A stretch of DNA of 64,000 nt. Origin: an uncultured Acidobacteriaceae bacterium. GTDB taxonomy: Bacteria; Acidobacteriota; Terriglobia; Acidiferrales; UBA7541. The stretch covers positions 1-64,000 of the forward strand of contig CAZCNH010000007.1 of the NCBI GenBank assembly GCA_964500065.1, written 5' to 3'. Numbering within the stretch: position 1 is the stretch's first letter; the number at the start of each line of letters is the position of its first letter. The notes below the pieces were generated by a model that was not told the origin of the DNA, made no database searches, and saw only the letters and a program-made list of their open reading frames with translations. The translations under genes were made by a program, and so were the position numbers. Positions 18,448 to 28,148 of this stretch are shown piece by piece.

Positions 18448-19158
18448 TCATCCTTTGAACAGCATTTCTGCGTCGGAGCGCCGCACGTAATGCGCGTCCA
18501 GGGTCAATGCGTCGCATGTCTCCGCGCGCCGTGCCTTGTGCCAGCCCAGTTGGCCCACCGCCGCGGCGAGCGTGCTTGACACGGGAACAACGTCCCGGCC
18601 GGCGAAAGGCGAGCCATCCAAGGTCGCTTGCAAAAACCCGGAAGTGGTGGTGGCAAAGACAAAACTCTGTTCACCGACCGTGGATGCCAGCAGCGGCCAG
18701 AACTCCGTGGGAGACATCACTACATCCTCCGTCACGCGCCGCAGCCCTTCGCCTTCGCGTGCATAGATTCCCCCATAGATCTGGCCCCGCCGCGCATCCT
18801 CCACTGCAACCACAGGCTCGTGTGGCGGTTGCACCTGGCAGGCGATGGCCTCCAGCGCGCTGACGGCGGCAATCGGCTTTTGATGAATCTCAGCCCAGCC
18901 CTTCACTGCCGTCAGACCGACGCGCAGCCCCGTAAACGAGCCCGGGCCCGCAGCGACCGCAAACAAGTCAAAATCCGCGGTCGTGAGGTTCAACTCACCC
19001 AGCAGAAATTCCAGTTGACGAAACAGCCGTGTGGAATAGGCCTCGTCGCTTTGCGTGGCAACCACTCCAAGCAGGCGACATGCGGCGGATCTTCCTAAGG
19101 CTTCCAACACCGCCACGCTGCCCGCGCGGGAAGTGGTATCCACTGCCAGAATCCGCAT
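18448..19158 (-). CDS. tsaB: tRNA threonylcarbamoyladenosine biosynthesis protein TsaB (YeaZ)
   Basis: N-terminus MRILAVDTTSRAGSVAVLE; ASKHA fold without the Kae1 metal site; 236 aa. Confidence 0.85.
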   Translation of the reverse strand: MRILAVDTTSRAGSVAVLEALGRSAACRLLGVVATQSDEAYSTRLFRQLEFLLGELNLTTADFDLFAVAAGPGSFTGLRVGLTAVKGWAEIHQKPIAAVSALEAIACQVQPPHEPVVAVEDARRGQIYGGIYAREGEGLRRVTEDVVMSPTEFWPLLASTVGEQSFVFATTTSGFLQATLDGSPFAGRDVVPVSSTLAAAVGQLGWHKARRAETCDALTLDAHYVRRSDAEMLFKG

Positions 19159-19308
19159 CTCGCCATTCTACCGCAGGAACTTCTTCTCGAGTGCAGCCCG
19201 GAACAAAACTGAGACCCTTTGCGTTTCTACGGAAGGTAGCAGGACTTTTTTTCACCGAGGGAAGTGGTAGAATCAGCAACCGGCTCCTGAGCGTAGGAGG
19301 GAGACCCG

Positions 19309-20016
19309 ATGCAACAGCAAAACCTGGCGATCGAAGCGACAGCGACTACCGACGACGTCCGGAGGGGCTATAACTTCCGCAGTTACTTCTACCCCTGGGT
19401 GATTTCTCCCTTTCTGGAAAAAGCGAAGCGCATGGCCTCGCACCGGGCGGAGATTCTTCCGCATCATCAGGTTTTGGAGGTAGCCATTGGCCCCGGAAAC
19501 CTGTTGGTCAAAATCCTGCCGCTGCTTTCCCGCGACAACACGATTTGCGGCGTTGACCTTTCACCTAAGATGGTGGCTGCCGCGCAAAAGCGCCTGAACG
19601 AAGCCGGCTATGCTAATCATGACCTGCGCGAAGCGGATGCCCGGAATCTGCCCTATGAGGATGCGAAATTTGATGTCGTCCTCAATGCGTACATGCTCGA
19701 CATCCTGCCCTTGGAAGATATCGCCCTGGTGCTCGATGAATTCCGCCGCGTTCTCAAGCCGGGAGGACAGCTGGTTCTGGTCAACGTGAGCAAGGCCGAT
19801 GCCTCCGAGCAGACCTGGCGCGAGCGCATTTACAAAATGCTGCCTTCCTCGTGGGTGCCCTTCGTCCACGGAGGATCGCGTCCGGTGTTCATGGAAAGCA
19901 TGGTGCGCGACGCTGGTTTTGCCGCAGTAAAGCGCGAATTCGTTCCGCACATTGTGCCCACCGAAATCACCACGGCAATGCGTCCGCTGGCTCGCGCCGC
20001 TCATTCGGTCTCCTGA
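19309..20016 (+). CDS. class I SAM-dependent methyltransferase
   Basis: Motif I-like VLEVAIGPGN, Methyltransf_11-like core, 235 aa. Confidence 0.7.
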   Translation: MQQQNLAIEATATTDDVRRGYNFRSYFYPWVISPFLEKAKRMASHRAEILPHHQVLEVAIGPGNLLVKILPLLSRDNTICGVDLSPKMVAAAQKRLNEAGYANHDLREADARNLPYEDAKFDVVLNAYMLDILPLEDIALVLDEFRRVLKPGGQLVLVNVSKADASEQTWRERIYKMLPSSWVPFVHGGSRPVFMESMVRDAGFAAVKREFVPHIVPTEITTAMRPLARAAHSVS

Positions 20017-20147
20017 GTTCATCTTCTCGCGGGTCTCCGGCCCTTCTCCTGCCCGTTTTTTGTGCATCCTTTCCTTGACGCCACGCAGCGAAAGTGCGAC
20101 TATGAATGTATTGGGGCAATTGGCGACTCAACCTCGGGAGACCTGCC

Positions 20148-20675
20148 ATGGATTTTAAGCTGGGCGAAAAGGTTGTCTATCCTAACCACGGTGTCGGCAT
20201 AATCGAACAAGTCAGTTTTGGTCAGGCCAGCGGCAAAGCAGAAAAATTCTACATGCTGAAAATAGTTTCCACCGGATTGCGGGTAATGGTGCCGCAAACC
20301 AACGTGACGTCCGTGGGCCTGCGCCGGGTGATCCGGTCGGGCGAAGCTTCCAAAGTTCTGCAATTCCTGGAAAAGGGAAAGTTCGATTCGCACCATGACT
20401 GGAAGTATCGCTTCAAGGAGAACTCGGAGCGCATGCGCACCGGGTCTCTGCTGGAAGTGGCCGTGGTGCTGAAGAGCCTGCTTTCCCTGAGCCGCTCGAA
20501 GCCGCTGAGTTTCCGCGAAAAGAAGATGCTCGAGCGCGCCAAGCACCTCCTGGTCACCGAACTGGCCACGGCCGGCAACAAGACCGAAGGGGCTATGGAG
20601 AGCGCGCTCACCCGGGTGCTCGCCAAGGCCCGGCTGCAAATGCCGGAAATCACGGACATGGCGGACGCCGACTAG
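20148..20675 (+). CDS. cdnL: CarD/CdnL family RNA-polymerase-binding transcription factor
   Basis: N-terminal MDFKLGEKVVYPNHGVGIIEQV (CarD_CdnL_TRCF domain); ~175 aa from the internal Met. Confidence 0.85.
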   Translation: MDFKLGEKVVYPNHGVGIIEQVSFGQASGKAEKFYMLKIVSTGLRVMVPQTNVTSVGLRRVIRSGEASKVLQFLEKGKFDSHHDWKYRFKENSERMRTGSLLEVAVVLKSLLSLSRSKPLSFREKKMLERAKHLLVTELATAGNKTEGAMESALTRVLAKARLQMPEITDMADAD

Positions 20676-20763
20676 CTCTGAAACTTCGGAGCGTTTGTTG
20701 CTGTCCATTGGAAGAGCCTGCAACGTTTTGCGGGTCCCCGCCTTCTATACCTCTGGGATATCC

Positions 20764-22182
20764 ATGAAGATCCTTTTTAAGTTCTCTTTTGCCGTCCATC
20801 TTTTGTTCGGGCCGCAGGCCGTCCTGAGCCAGGCAGCGCCGCCAGTTCCGGAGATCCAGCCCGGAAAGGTGATCACTCGCGTCGCGGTGTCCCGCATCCC
20901 TGAACAAAGCTACGCCCTTTATCTGCCCGAAGGTTACACCGAGAAAAAGGCCTGGCCGGTGATCTATGCCTTTGATCCTGCAGCGCGGGGAGCGCTGCCC
21001 GTCGAGATGCTGAAGCAAGCCGCGGAGAAATACGGCTACATCGTTGCAGGCTCCAACAACTCGCGCAACGGGCCGGGCAACTTGGCATTCGATGCCATGC
21101 AAGCCATGTGGGGCGACACGCATCAGAGATTCTCAATTGACAACCAGCGCGTCTATTTCACCGGCTTTTCAGGCGGCGCGCGCGTGGCCACAATGATCGC
21201 CAAGGCCTGCGGGTGCGCCGCCGGCGTGATCGGCCATGGCGCCGGGTTCATGGCCGAGTTTCCACCCGACAAGGACATTCGCTACAGCTACTTTGCCGCC
21301 ATCGGCGTGCGCGACTACAACTTCTACGAGCTTGATCAGTTGGGTCAGATCTTGGATAAGCTGGGTGTGGTCAACCGGATCCGCCGGTATGACGGCACCC
21401 ACCAATGGGCCACTCCGGAAGTGTGGATGGAAGCTGTGGAATGGATGGAAGTTCGCTCGATGCAGGGGAAGCGACGCCCCGTGGATGCTGTTTTTCTTGC
21501 GGACTATTCCCGCCGTCGAGCCGCCTGGGCCACTGCCGCGGAGCAGGCGGGTGACGTACTGGCCGCGCTGGACGAATACCGCCGGCTGGCGGACGATCTG
21601 CAAGGCTTGACGGATGTCACTGCCTTTGTCGCAAGAGCCCGGGAATTGCAGGATTCGCCTGCTGTAGAAAAAGCGCGAAGGAAAGTTCAGCGGGAGATCC
21701 GGGAGCAGGCCGAGCGTATTGGCACGCTCTATGCGGATCTCGATGTGTTGCGCGACGATCCGCGAGCGCGCAACGAAGCTGCGCAGCGCTTGCGTAAACT
21801 GCTGCGTGATTTGGCTGCCGAGCACGATCGCCAGAAAGGCTCGCCCGATGGCATCGTAGTGGAGCGCTCGTTGAACCAGGCCAGCGCGGGGGTCGTTTCT
21901 CTGGCCGAAGCCGAACTGTTCCGCAATGGCAAGAGCCTGGCAGCGCTTTGCTACGAAATCGCTTCCGAGGGGCACCCAAAAGAAGCCTGGCCCTTTTATC
22001 GCGCCGCCCGCCTGGCGGCGGAACTGGGGGAAAAGAAGCGCGCGATTCGCTTGCTGGAGCGAGCTATTGCGAACGGGCTGCCGGATGAAGTCCTTGCCCG
22101 GTTCCAGAAGGACTTCGCGGACCTGGCCGCCGAGAAGGATTTTCTGAAGCTGGTCGCCTCCAGAAAGGCCGCAGCCTCGTGA
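20764..22182 (+). CDS. secreted alpha/beta-hydrolase (esterase-like) with a C-terminal helical/TPR-like domain
   Basis: Signal peptide MKILFKFSFAVHLLFGPQAVLSQA; nucleophile elbow GFSGG; helical, repeat-like C-terminal half. Confidence 0.5.
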   Translation: MKILFKFSFAVHLLFGPQAVLSQAAPPVPEIQPGKVITRVAVSRIPEQSYALYLPEGYTEKKAWPVIYAFDPAARGALPVEMLKQAAEKYGYIVAGSNNSRNGPGNLAFDAMQAMWGDTHQRFSIDNQRVYFTGFSGGARVATMIAKACGCAAGVIGHGAGFMAEFPPDKDIRYSYFAAIGVRDYNFYELDQLGQILDKLGVVNRIRRYDGTHQWATPEVWMEAVEWMEVRSMQGKRRPVDAVFLADYSRRRAAWATAAEQAGDVLAALDEYRRLADDLQGLTDVTAFVARARELQDSPAVEKARRKVQREIREQAERIGTLYADLDVLRDDPRARNEAAQRLRKLLRDLAAEHDRQKGSPDGIVVERSLNQASAGVVSLAEAELFRNGKSLAALCYEIASEGHPKEAWPFYRAARLAAELGEKKRAIRLLERAIANGLPDEVLARFQKDFADLAAEKDFLKLVASRKAAAS

Positions 22183-22210
22183 CGAGTCATGAATGCGGTC
22201 TTAACTTGCT

Positions 22211-22239
22211 GTTGACCGCTGCAAGGTGTCCGTTTACTA
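22211..22239 (+). promoter_or_regulatory. putative sigma70-type promoter (TTGACC-N17-TACTAT) upstream of the desaturase gene
   Basis: Good -35/-10 hexamers with a 17-nt spacer, ~55 nt upstream of the start at 22292. Confidence 0.4.
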
Positions 22240-22291
22240 TTGCTCGGGCTACAGTGCAGTTCCACCCCAACTATAATGGAGTCGACCGAGA

Positions 22292-23125
22292 ATGAGTGAA
22301 GCCGTTGCAGTAGAACGTCCCTGGGAACTTCCCTTTTGGAAACCGGTTCCGGGCAAGCGATTGATCTTCTTTTATTTGGCATTGATTCATGTACTGGCAG
22401 TTGTCGGGCTGATTCTTTTCCCTACACCGGGCTTGCCGGTGTTCTTGACAACCCTAGCCATTGTGGTCGTGGGTGGGCTGGGGACTACGGTCTGTTATCA
22501 CCGGTCGCTTTCGCATGGCACGGTGAAATTGCATCCGGTGATCGAGCACTTTCTGACGTTTTGCGCCATGTTCAACGGTTCTGGAAACCCGGCAAGCTGG
22601 GTGGGCTACCACCGCCACCATCATGCCAATTCCGATGGACCGGAAGATATCTCCAGTCCCAAGCATGGGGGCTTCTGGTGGGCCCACATGCGCTGGCTCT
22701 ATCAATCGGCGCCTGCCGATGAAAAGCGCTGGTGCCCGGAATTCACGCGCGGCATCTACAAGTTCTGGAGCAACGCGGAAGTGTGGATCATCCTGTTCTC
22801 TATTTTCTGCGGCGCGTTTTTTGGCTGGGCCGGTTTCTTCTGGGTCGGCGCGGTTCGTCTGGTGTATTGCCTGCACATGCAGTGCTTTGTGAACAGCCTG
22901 ACACACTTGGGCCACGAACATGAAGACACCAGCCAGAACGTGTGGTGGCTTGGGCCGCTGCAATTGGGCGCCTGGGGCGAAAACTGGCACCGGAATCACC
23001 ACACCAACGCCGCGTCGGCGCGCCTTGGCCTGAAGTGGTATCAAATTGACGTGGGCTGGTATTTCATCTGCACGCTTGAGAAACTCGGCCTTGCTTCACG
23101 TGTCCTGCGGCCCAAAGGCGTTTAA
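22292..23125 (+). CDS. membrane acyl-lipid/acyl-CoA delta-9-type fatty acid desaturase
   Basis: Three His boxes: HRSLSH, HRHHH, and HRNHHT (in WHRNHHTN); TM helices. Confidence 0.75.
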   Translation: MSEAVAVERPWELPFWKPVPGKRLIFFYLALIHVLAVVGLILFPTPGLPVFLTTLAIVVVGGLGTTVCYHRSLSHGTVKLHPVIEHFLTFCAMFNGSGNPASWVGYHRHHHANSDGPEDISSPKHGGFWWAHMRWLYQSAPADEKRWCPEFTRGIYKFWSNAEVWIILFSIFCGAFFGWAGFFWVGAVRLVYCLHMQCFVNSLTHLGHEHEDTSQNVWWLGPLQLGAWGENWHRNHHTNAASARLGLKWYQIDVGWYFICTLEKLGLASRVLRPKGV

Positions 23126-23145
23126 CATCACCGGGCTTTCCCAGG

Positions 23146-24630
23146 TTGCTTTGTTCTTGTGCTTTGGAGCCACCTCTGAAAACTGCTTTACGCAAATGGC
23201 AGGAAATACGCCCCTGCCTTCTTTCCTTACTGGCCTTTACAGCCCTGTTTACGTCCCCCGCCACACCGGCGCCCAAGAGCCGGCCCAACATCATCTTCAT
23301 ATTGATTGACGATTTGCGCTGGGACGAAATGGATTATCCCTTTGTCCGCTTCCCTGCCCTGGAACAGATTGCCCGCGAAGGGGTCCGCTTTCGCAACGCG
23401 TTCGTTACAACGCCCCTGTGTTCCCCAAGCCGTGCAAGCTTTCTCACCGGCCAGTACCCACACAACCACGGCATCATTGACAACACCGACCGCAGCCCGC
23501 GCAGCCATCAGATGGTTACATTTCTTCGCCTGCTGCACGATGCCGGGTATGAGACAGCGTTTGTCGGGAAATGGCATATGGGCGTGGACGACACGGCACG
23601 CCCGGGCATTGATCACTGGGTCAGCATCAAGGGTCAGGGCCGGTACATCGATCCGGAGTTCAACGTCAACGGCCGCCGGTCCGTCTTTCCCGGATACTTC
23701 ACCGATCATCTCAACAAGTTCGCCCTGGATTTCCTGCGGCAGAAGCACACCAAACCTTTTGTACTGTATGTCTCGCACAAGAGCGTTCATCCGGACCTGA
23801 CGCAGTATGCGGATGGGAGCGTGTCTGATCCCAACGCGGACAAGTTCATCCCCGCAGACCGCCACAAGGATTTGTTTCAAGAGGGGGAGATTCCCCGCCG
23901 CCCGAATTACGCGCAGCCACCCGAAGGAAAGCCCGCCTTGCAGCGCCCTGTGGCCGGAATGCCTCCGCTCGGTCCGAACACCATTACCAAAGATGCGGAC
24001 ATCCGCAACCGCCTGCGCATGCTGGCCAGCGCGGATGAGGGCGTGGCCCAGATGCTGGCGGCGCTGCGGGCGCAGAATCAACTGGAGAACACCGTCATCG
24101 TGTTCACCAGCGACGAAGGCTATTTCTATGGCGAGCACGGCTTGAGCACCGAGCGCCGCCTGGCCTACGAAGAATCTGCGCGCATCCCTCTTTACATGCG
24201 CGTGCCGAAAAGCGCTGGAATCAAGAGCGGCCCCGCCGGCAAACCCGGCAGCCAAATTTCTGAATTCGCGTTAAGCATTGATGTGGCGCCAACACTGCTG
24301 GCGTTTGCCGCTGCTCCGCCGTCCCCTGGCATGGACGGCCGTTCCCTTTTGCCGCTGCTGCGCGGCGAAAAGGTCAAGTGGCGCAACTCCTTCTTGATTG
24401 AATATTTTTCCGATACGGTGATGCCCCGCGTTTCGCGCATGGGCTACCAATCGGTCCGCACGCCCCGCTGGTCATACATTCACTATGTAGACCTTCAGGG
24501 CATGGACGAGCTCTACGACATTCAAGCCGATCCTTACCAGCTCAAGAATCTCATCCATCACCCGGATTCGACCGCCACCCTCCAGGAGCTGAACCGTGAA
24601 CTGGCCCGGCTTCTCAAGGCGCGGCAATAA
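23146..24630 (+). CDS. sulfatase (formylglycine-dependent arylsulfatase family)
   Basis: Signal peptide; sulfatase signature CSPSRASFLTGQYPHNHG (C-x-P-x-R); 494 aa. Confidence 0.85.
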   Translation: MLCSCALEPPLKTALRKWQEIRPCLLSLLAFTALFTSPATPAPKSRPNIIFILIDDLRWDEMDYPFVRFPALEQIAREGVRFRNAFVTTPLCSPSRASFLTGQYPHNHGIIDNTDRSPRSHQMVTFLRLLHDAGYETAFVGKWHMGVDDTARPGIDHWVSIKGQGRYIDPEFNVNGRRSVFPGYFTDHLNKFALDFLRQKHTKPFVLYVSHKSVHPDLTQYADGSVSDPNADKFIPADRHKDLFQEGEIPRRPNYAQPPEGKPALQRPVAGMPPLGPNTITKDADIRNRLRMLASADEGVAQMLAALRAQNQLENTVIVFTSDEGYFYGEHGLSTERRLAYEESARIPLYMRVPKSAGIKSGPAGKPGSQISEFALSIDVAPTLLAFAAAPPSPGMDGRSLLPLLRGEKVKWRNSFLIEYFSDTVMPRVSRMGYQSVRTPRWSYIHYVDLQGMDELYDIQADPYQLKNLIHHPDSTATLQELNRELARLLKARQ

Positions 24631-24636
24631 TCAGCC

Positions 24637-25437
24637 CTAAGGAAGCTGCTGCAGGAACGTCCGCCATTCTTGCTCCGCTTGCGTGAGCGATTCGCCATAA
24701 ATCTGTTGGAAGCGGCCGAGGGTGGTCGCTTTCGGCTCCAGGTGCGTGGCCCCGCGAAACATATCCTGCATCTTGACCAGGCCATCGCGGTCAATCAGGT
24801 AACGAACAAACGACCCCGCGCTGGGATAGGTGATATTTGAATCAACGTTCGAGAAAGGAATGCTTTCTACAATGACGTCCAGGCTGGGCAGCGTTCCCTG
24901 CTGGAGAAATGTCTTGGCGCGAGTGTGAATGGGCACGGTTGACCATTTCGCAGTGTAGTCCCCGGCCTGGGGATCCATTTGATAGGCCACCGCGATCCCT
25001 TCGGTGAAAAGTGACGGGGGCAAGCCGTTCAGCGTGGTCAGCAGGTGGGTCACTTCATGGTTGTCCCAGTTCCAGATGGTGTGAATGGAGAATGTCGCAT
25101 TGTCGGCAAACGCGTTGCCGGCGCGGCCGGTGATCGACTGCTTCTGGGCCGCGTCGCGGTATTTGTAGTATTGCACCGGCTGGCTCGGGTTGACGCCCAA
25201 CTGCACAGTGATCCAGGCGTGATATGCCTCTTGCCGCTGAATGTCCACCGAATCACCCGGGGACATGTGATACGTGTAATGCGCCGACTGCGAAGTCGAG
25301 CTGAGCTGTTGCGTAATCTGTTGGGGTGGCGGCACCGGAGCCTGGCCGCCACCGCAACCCGCAGCCAGAACGGCCACCCAAAACACGGCCAACACCAAGG
25401 AGAGAGTCTGACGACCAGCGCGAACCAAGCACATATA
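24637..25437 (-). CDS. lipoprotein with an HExxH motif (putative zinc metallopeptidase)
   Basis: Lipobox LAAGCGG after internal Met 25437; motif NHEVTHLL. No other recognisable family. Confidence 0.45.
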   Translation of the reverse strand, partial: YMCLVRAGRQTLSLVLAVFWVAVLAAGCGGGQAPVPPPQQITQQLSSTSQSAHYTYHMSPGDSVDIQRQEAYHAWITVQLGVNPSQPVQYYKYRDAAQKQSITGRAGNAFADNATFSIHTIWNWDNHEVTHLLTTLNGLPPSLFTEGIAVAYQMDPQAGDYTAKWSTVPIHTRAKTFLQQGTLPSLDVIVESIPFSNVDSNITYPSAGSFVRYLIDRDGLVKMQDMFRGATHLEPKATTLGRFQQIYGESLTQAEQEWRTFLQQLP

Positions 25438-25642
25438 TATGCCTCCGAGTGTCTCTCGGGGCGCGGCGGCTTCCCAATCTGATGCCGGGAGTTTCGCCCA
25501 GGTTGCTATAAACCGAAAAGCACCATATTGGCGATGGTCATCGGCCATTAGCACCATTCGTCTCGTCTAAGTAGAAGGGGCGCGGATGGCTCCGCGCCCC
25601 CTATTGCTTCGCCCACGGCACAGGCTGGAGCGCCTGTGCTAC

Positions 25643-27646
25643 CTACTTCATCGGTGGCTTGGGCAGCGCCGGCTTCTGGGCTTCCGAGGCTGCGCCACTG
25701 AGCCACTTCATCGCCACGGCCGCAAGGCCATCCACAGCGCCGGACCCGTTGCCGTTTGCGCCGCTGGTGACCAGCACCTCCGGCACGAACCGCGCACCGC
25801 TTTCGGCGAGCGCATTGATCACGTTCACCAACGCGGTCACGTTCGGGCCGAGCGCCGCGACCTGCGCCTCGTAGCCCTTGGCGCGGGCCATGCCGACCGC
25901 TTCCACCTCCGCGCCCTTGGCCGCGCCGGTTCCCCGGATGTAATCCGCTTCCCCGCGGGCTTCGGCCGTGCGCGCGTTGGCGTTGTTGGTTTTGATGTCC
26001 ACGCCGACCTTCGAGCGCGCCAGATCGCTCTGCATGTCCGCGGTGCCTTTGGCGTGCTCCATCTGGATGCGTTCATCCTGCGCAGCGCGCTGTTTGCGGA
26101 ACGTTTCAATCTCCTGATTGGCGATTTCGCGTTCCGTCAGCACCTTCACCAGGTCCTGCGGGAAGATCACGTCCTGGATGTACACGCCTTTGGTTTCCAC
26201 CTGATACTGCTCGATGGCTCCGCGAATGTGCTCGAACGCCTCCTCCTGGACTTTCTGCCGCGTCTCGATGAACCGAATCGCGGGCATGCTCTGCAACTTA
26301 TCGCGGAAGTGGTTGCCCACCGCCGCCTGCAGCACTTCGTTGACCAGATTGCGCATGGTGCCGACCATCGAAATCACCCGCGGCGCCCGCGTATCCGGCA
26401 CGTGGATCTGCACCTGCAAGTCAATCTTGAAGACAAAGCCTTCATTGGACTTCGCCACAATTTGCTGCAGTTGCTGATCCAGGTTGTGCGCCTGGCTCAC
26501 CGCCTCGGCCCAGTTCAGTGTCAGGATGGCCGTGGGCACGATTTCCGCCTCGTAGCAGCGCGGGTTAATCGGATATTTGCCCGTGCGCAACGCTTCCTGC
26601 CAGATACCGCGATGCCCCGGACGAACCAGCGAGCCATACTTGAACTCGCTGCCCGACGTATCCTGCGTCACCAATCCGACGTAGGCCTTGATCACCGCCA
26701 CTTCGCCCTGCTTCACCACCAGCATCGGAACCTGCTCGACACTCACCAGGAACGGGTTGAGCGCGTAGGCGCCGTACATCAGCGGGTCGTGTTGCAGGCC
26801 GATCTTGCCGCCGCTATCCAGGAAGGCCTGAAAATCCTGATAGTTGTTGTGCGCGTTGTTCTTGTTGCCCAGCAGCGATTCGATGATCTCCGCGTCGCTC
26901 GAGTTTTCGTCCTCCATGCGCTGCACGTCGCTGAAGCCGCCCAGCCGCGAGGCGATATCGCCGCTCGGCAGCGGGTCGCCTTCGTACGCGGTGACGATGC
27001 CGATAGCATCGAGCGTCGCGCCGTCTTTGCCCCGTGGTTGCGGTTCGATGCGCACCAGTTCAAGCTGCTCAGGTTTCAGGCCGAACGCGTGGGGCGTAAG
27101 CTTCGCCCCGCGCCCCGGCAACTGTGTCCGCAAATCCGGCGAGACCGGCAGCCCATACACTTCTCGCTTGGTCACCACCAGAAAGCCCACCGGATGCACA
27201 GGAACCAGCGAGCCCGGAGGCAGCACCGGCCGCTGCACGCCTTTTTGCCCGCCGCATTCCACGAACGAGCGAAGGTTGCTGAAATTGGCGAACTCCCGGC
27301 GATAGCGCGCCGACTTGGCGCCAATCGGCAGCGGGGCGCCCGCTTGCGCGATCACCACGCCGATTTCTCCGGCCGGCACCTGCACCCACGGATACTTTTC
27401 CACGCCGTACCAAAGCCACGGCATCCAGCGCAGACCCGGCATCAGCAGATCCGCCTGGTAGCCCGCTTCGCCGTGGAAGGCGATGGGGTTGTCGTTTGCC
27501 AGCTTCTTCAAGGCGAAGCGCTTGGTGACCAGTCCTACTTCGGTCGGACCGATGCGCCGGATGGAAAGCAGGCAATACAGGAACGCCAGTTTCAGTGCCA
27601 GCGTTATGTACCAATACTCCAAAGCAAGATTGATCAGCCAAAACAT
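25643..27646 (-). CDS. flotillin-like SPFH/band-7 domain protein
   Basis: N-terminal TM segment, SPFH domain, long coiled-coil region ending in the Ala/Glu-rich flotillin repeats (AEARGEADYIRGTGAAKGAEVEAV...). AAGGAG RBS before the ATG at 27646. Confidence 0.8.
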   Translation of the reverse strand: MFWLINLALEYWYITLALKLAFLYCLLSIRRIGPTEVGLVTKRFALKKLANDNPIAFHGEAGYQADLLMPGLRWMPWLWYGVEKYPWVQVPAGEIGVVIAQAGAPLPIGAKSARYRREFANFSNLRSFVECGGQKGVQRPVLPPGSLVPVHPVGFLVVTKREVYGLPVSPDLRTQLPGRGAKLTPHAFGLKPEQLELVRIEPQPRGKDGATLDAIGIVTAYEGDPLPSGDIASRLGGFSDVQRMEDENSSDAEIIESLLGNKNNAHNNYQDFQAFLDSGGKIGLQHDPLMYGAYALNPFLVSVEQVPMLVVKQGEVAVIKAYVGLVTQDTSGSEFKYGSLVRPGHRGIWQEALRTGKYPINPRCYEAEIVPTAILTLNWAEAVSQAHNLDQQLQQIVAKSNEGFVFKIDLQVQIHVPDTRAPRVISMVGTMRNLVNEVLQAAVGNHFRDKLQSMPAIRFIETRQKVQEEAFEHIRGAIEQYQVETKGVYIQDVIFPQDLVKVLTEREIANQEIETFRKQRAAQDERIQMEHAKGTADMQSDLARSKVGVDIKTNNANARTAEARGEADYIRGTGAAKGAEVEAVGMARAKGYEAQVAALGPNVTALVNVINALAESGARFVPEVLVTSGANGNGSGAVDGLAAVAMKWLSGAASEAQKPALPKPPMK

Positions 27647-28083
27647 ATAGCGCTCCTTTTCTGCGCGCAGACACACCCGTGGCGTCGCGCCCGCAGGCCC
27701 GTGCTTTTGGCGCCTGATTCGTGATGGTTTTGCCGCGCGGTTCGCACGCTTGGCGAGTCCGCTCAGCCGAAACCGCTATCTTATCGAGCCGCCGGCAAGG
27801 GATTTGCCCACCCCGTGGGCGTGCAAGGTCCGCTTGAGCGGTAACAAAGTTTGGGTTGGTTGGTTCGGGATTGGACCCGCCCTGACCGTCCCTCTCGGGG
27901 GCTCGACCAGACCGGATTGGAGAACGTCGTTACATCTTGTACGGTGACCCCTAGCCGCTGATCATCACATTACTCCGGTGCGGGTGGGAGTCAAGTGAAA
28001 TCGGAAATATCAGTTAACTCGCATGATTGCAATGTCTTAGCTTGCCTGCTGGTAGCGCGGTTTCAGCTCCGTTTCTGCCGGTG

Positions 28084-28101
28084 GATTAACCTTGGTTAAT
28101 C
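28084..28101 (+). promoter_or_regulatory. near-perfect 18-bp palindrome GATTAACCTTGGTTAATC upstream of the hydrolase gene (candidate operator)
   Basis: Inverted repeat with 8-bp half-sites, AT-rich in a GC-rich genome, ~50-100 nt upstream of the candidate starts. Confidence 0.35.
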
Positions 28102-28148
28102 TTCAAGGTACACAATGACTTACAATGGGGAAGTGCCACTTCGTTTGA

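Noticed and set aside
25586-27724. 712-aa plus-strand ORF
   Set aside because: Antisense shadow of the flotillin gene in GC-rich DNA; Arg/Ala/His-rich composition and no domain, while the minus-strand ORF has a clear SPFH/flotillin match and a strong RBS.
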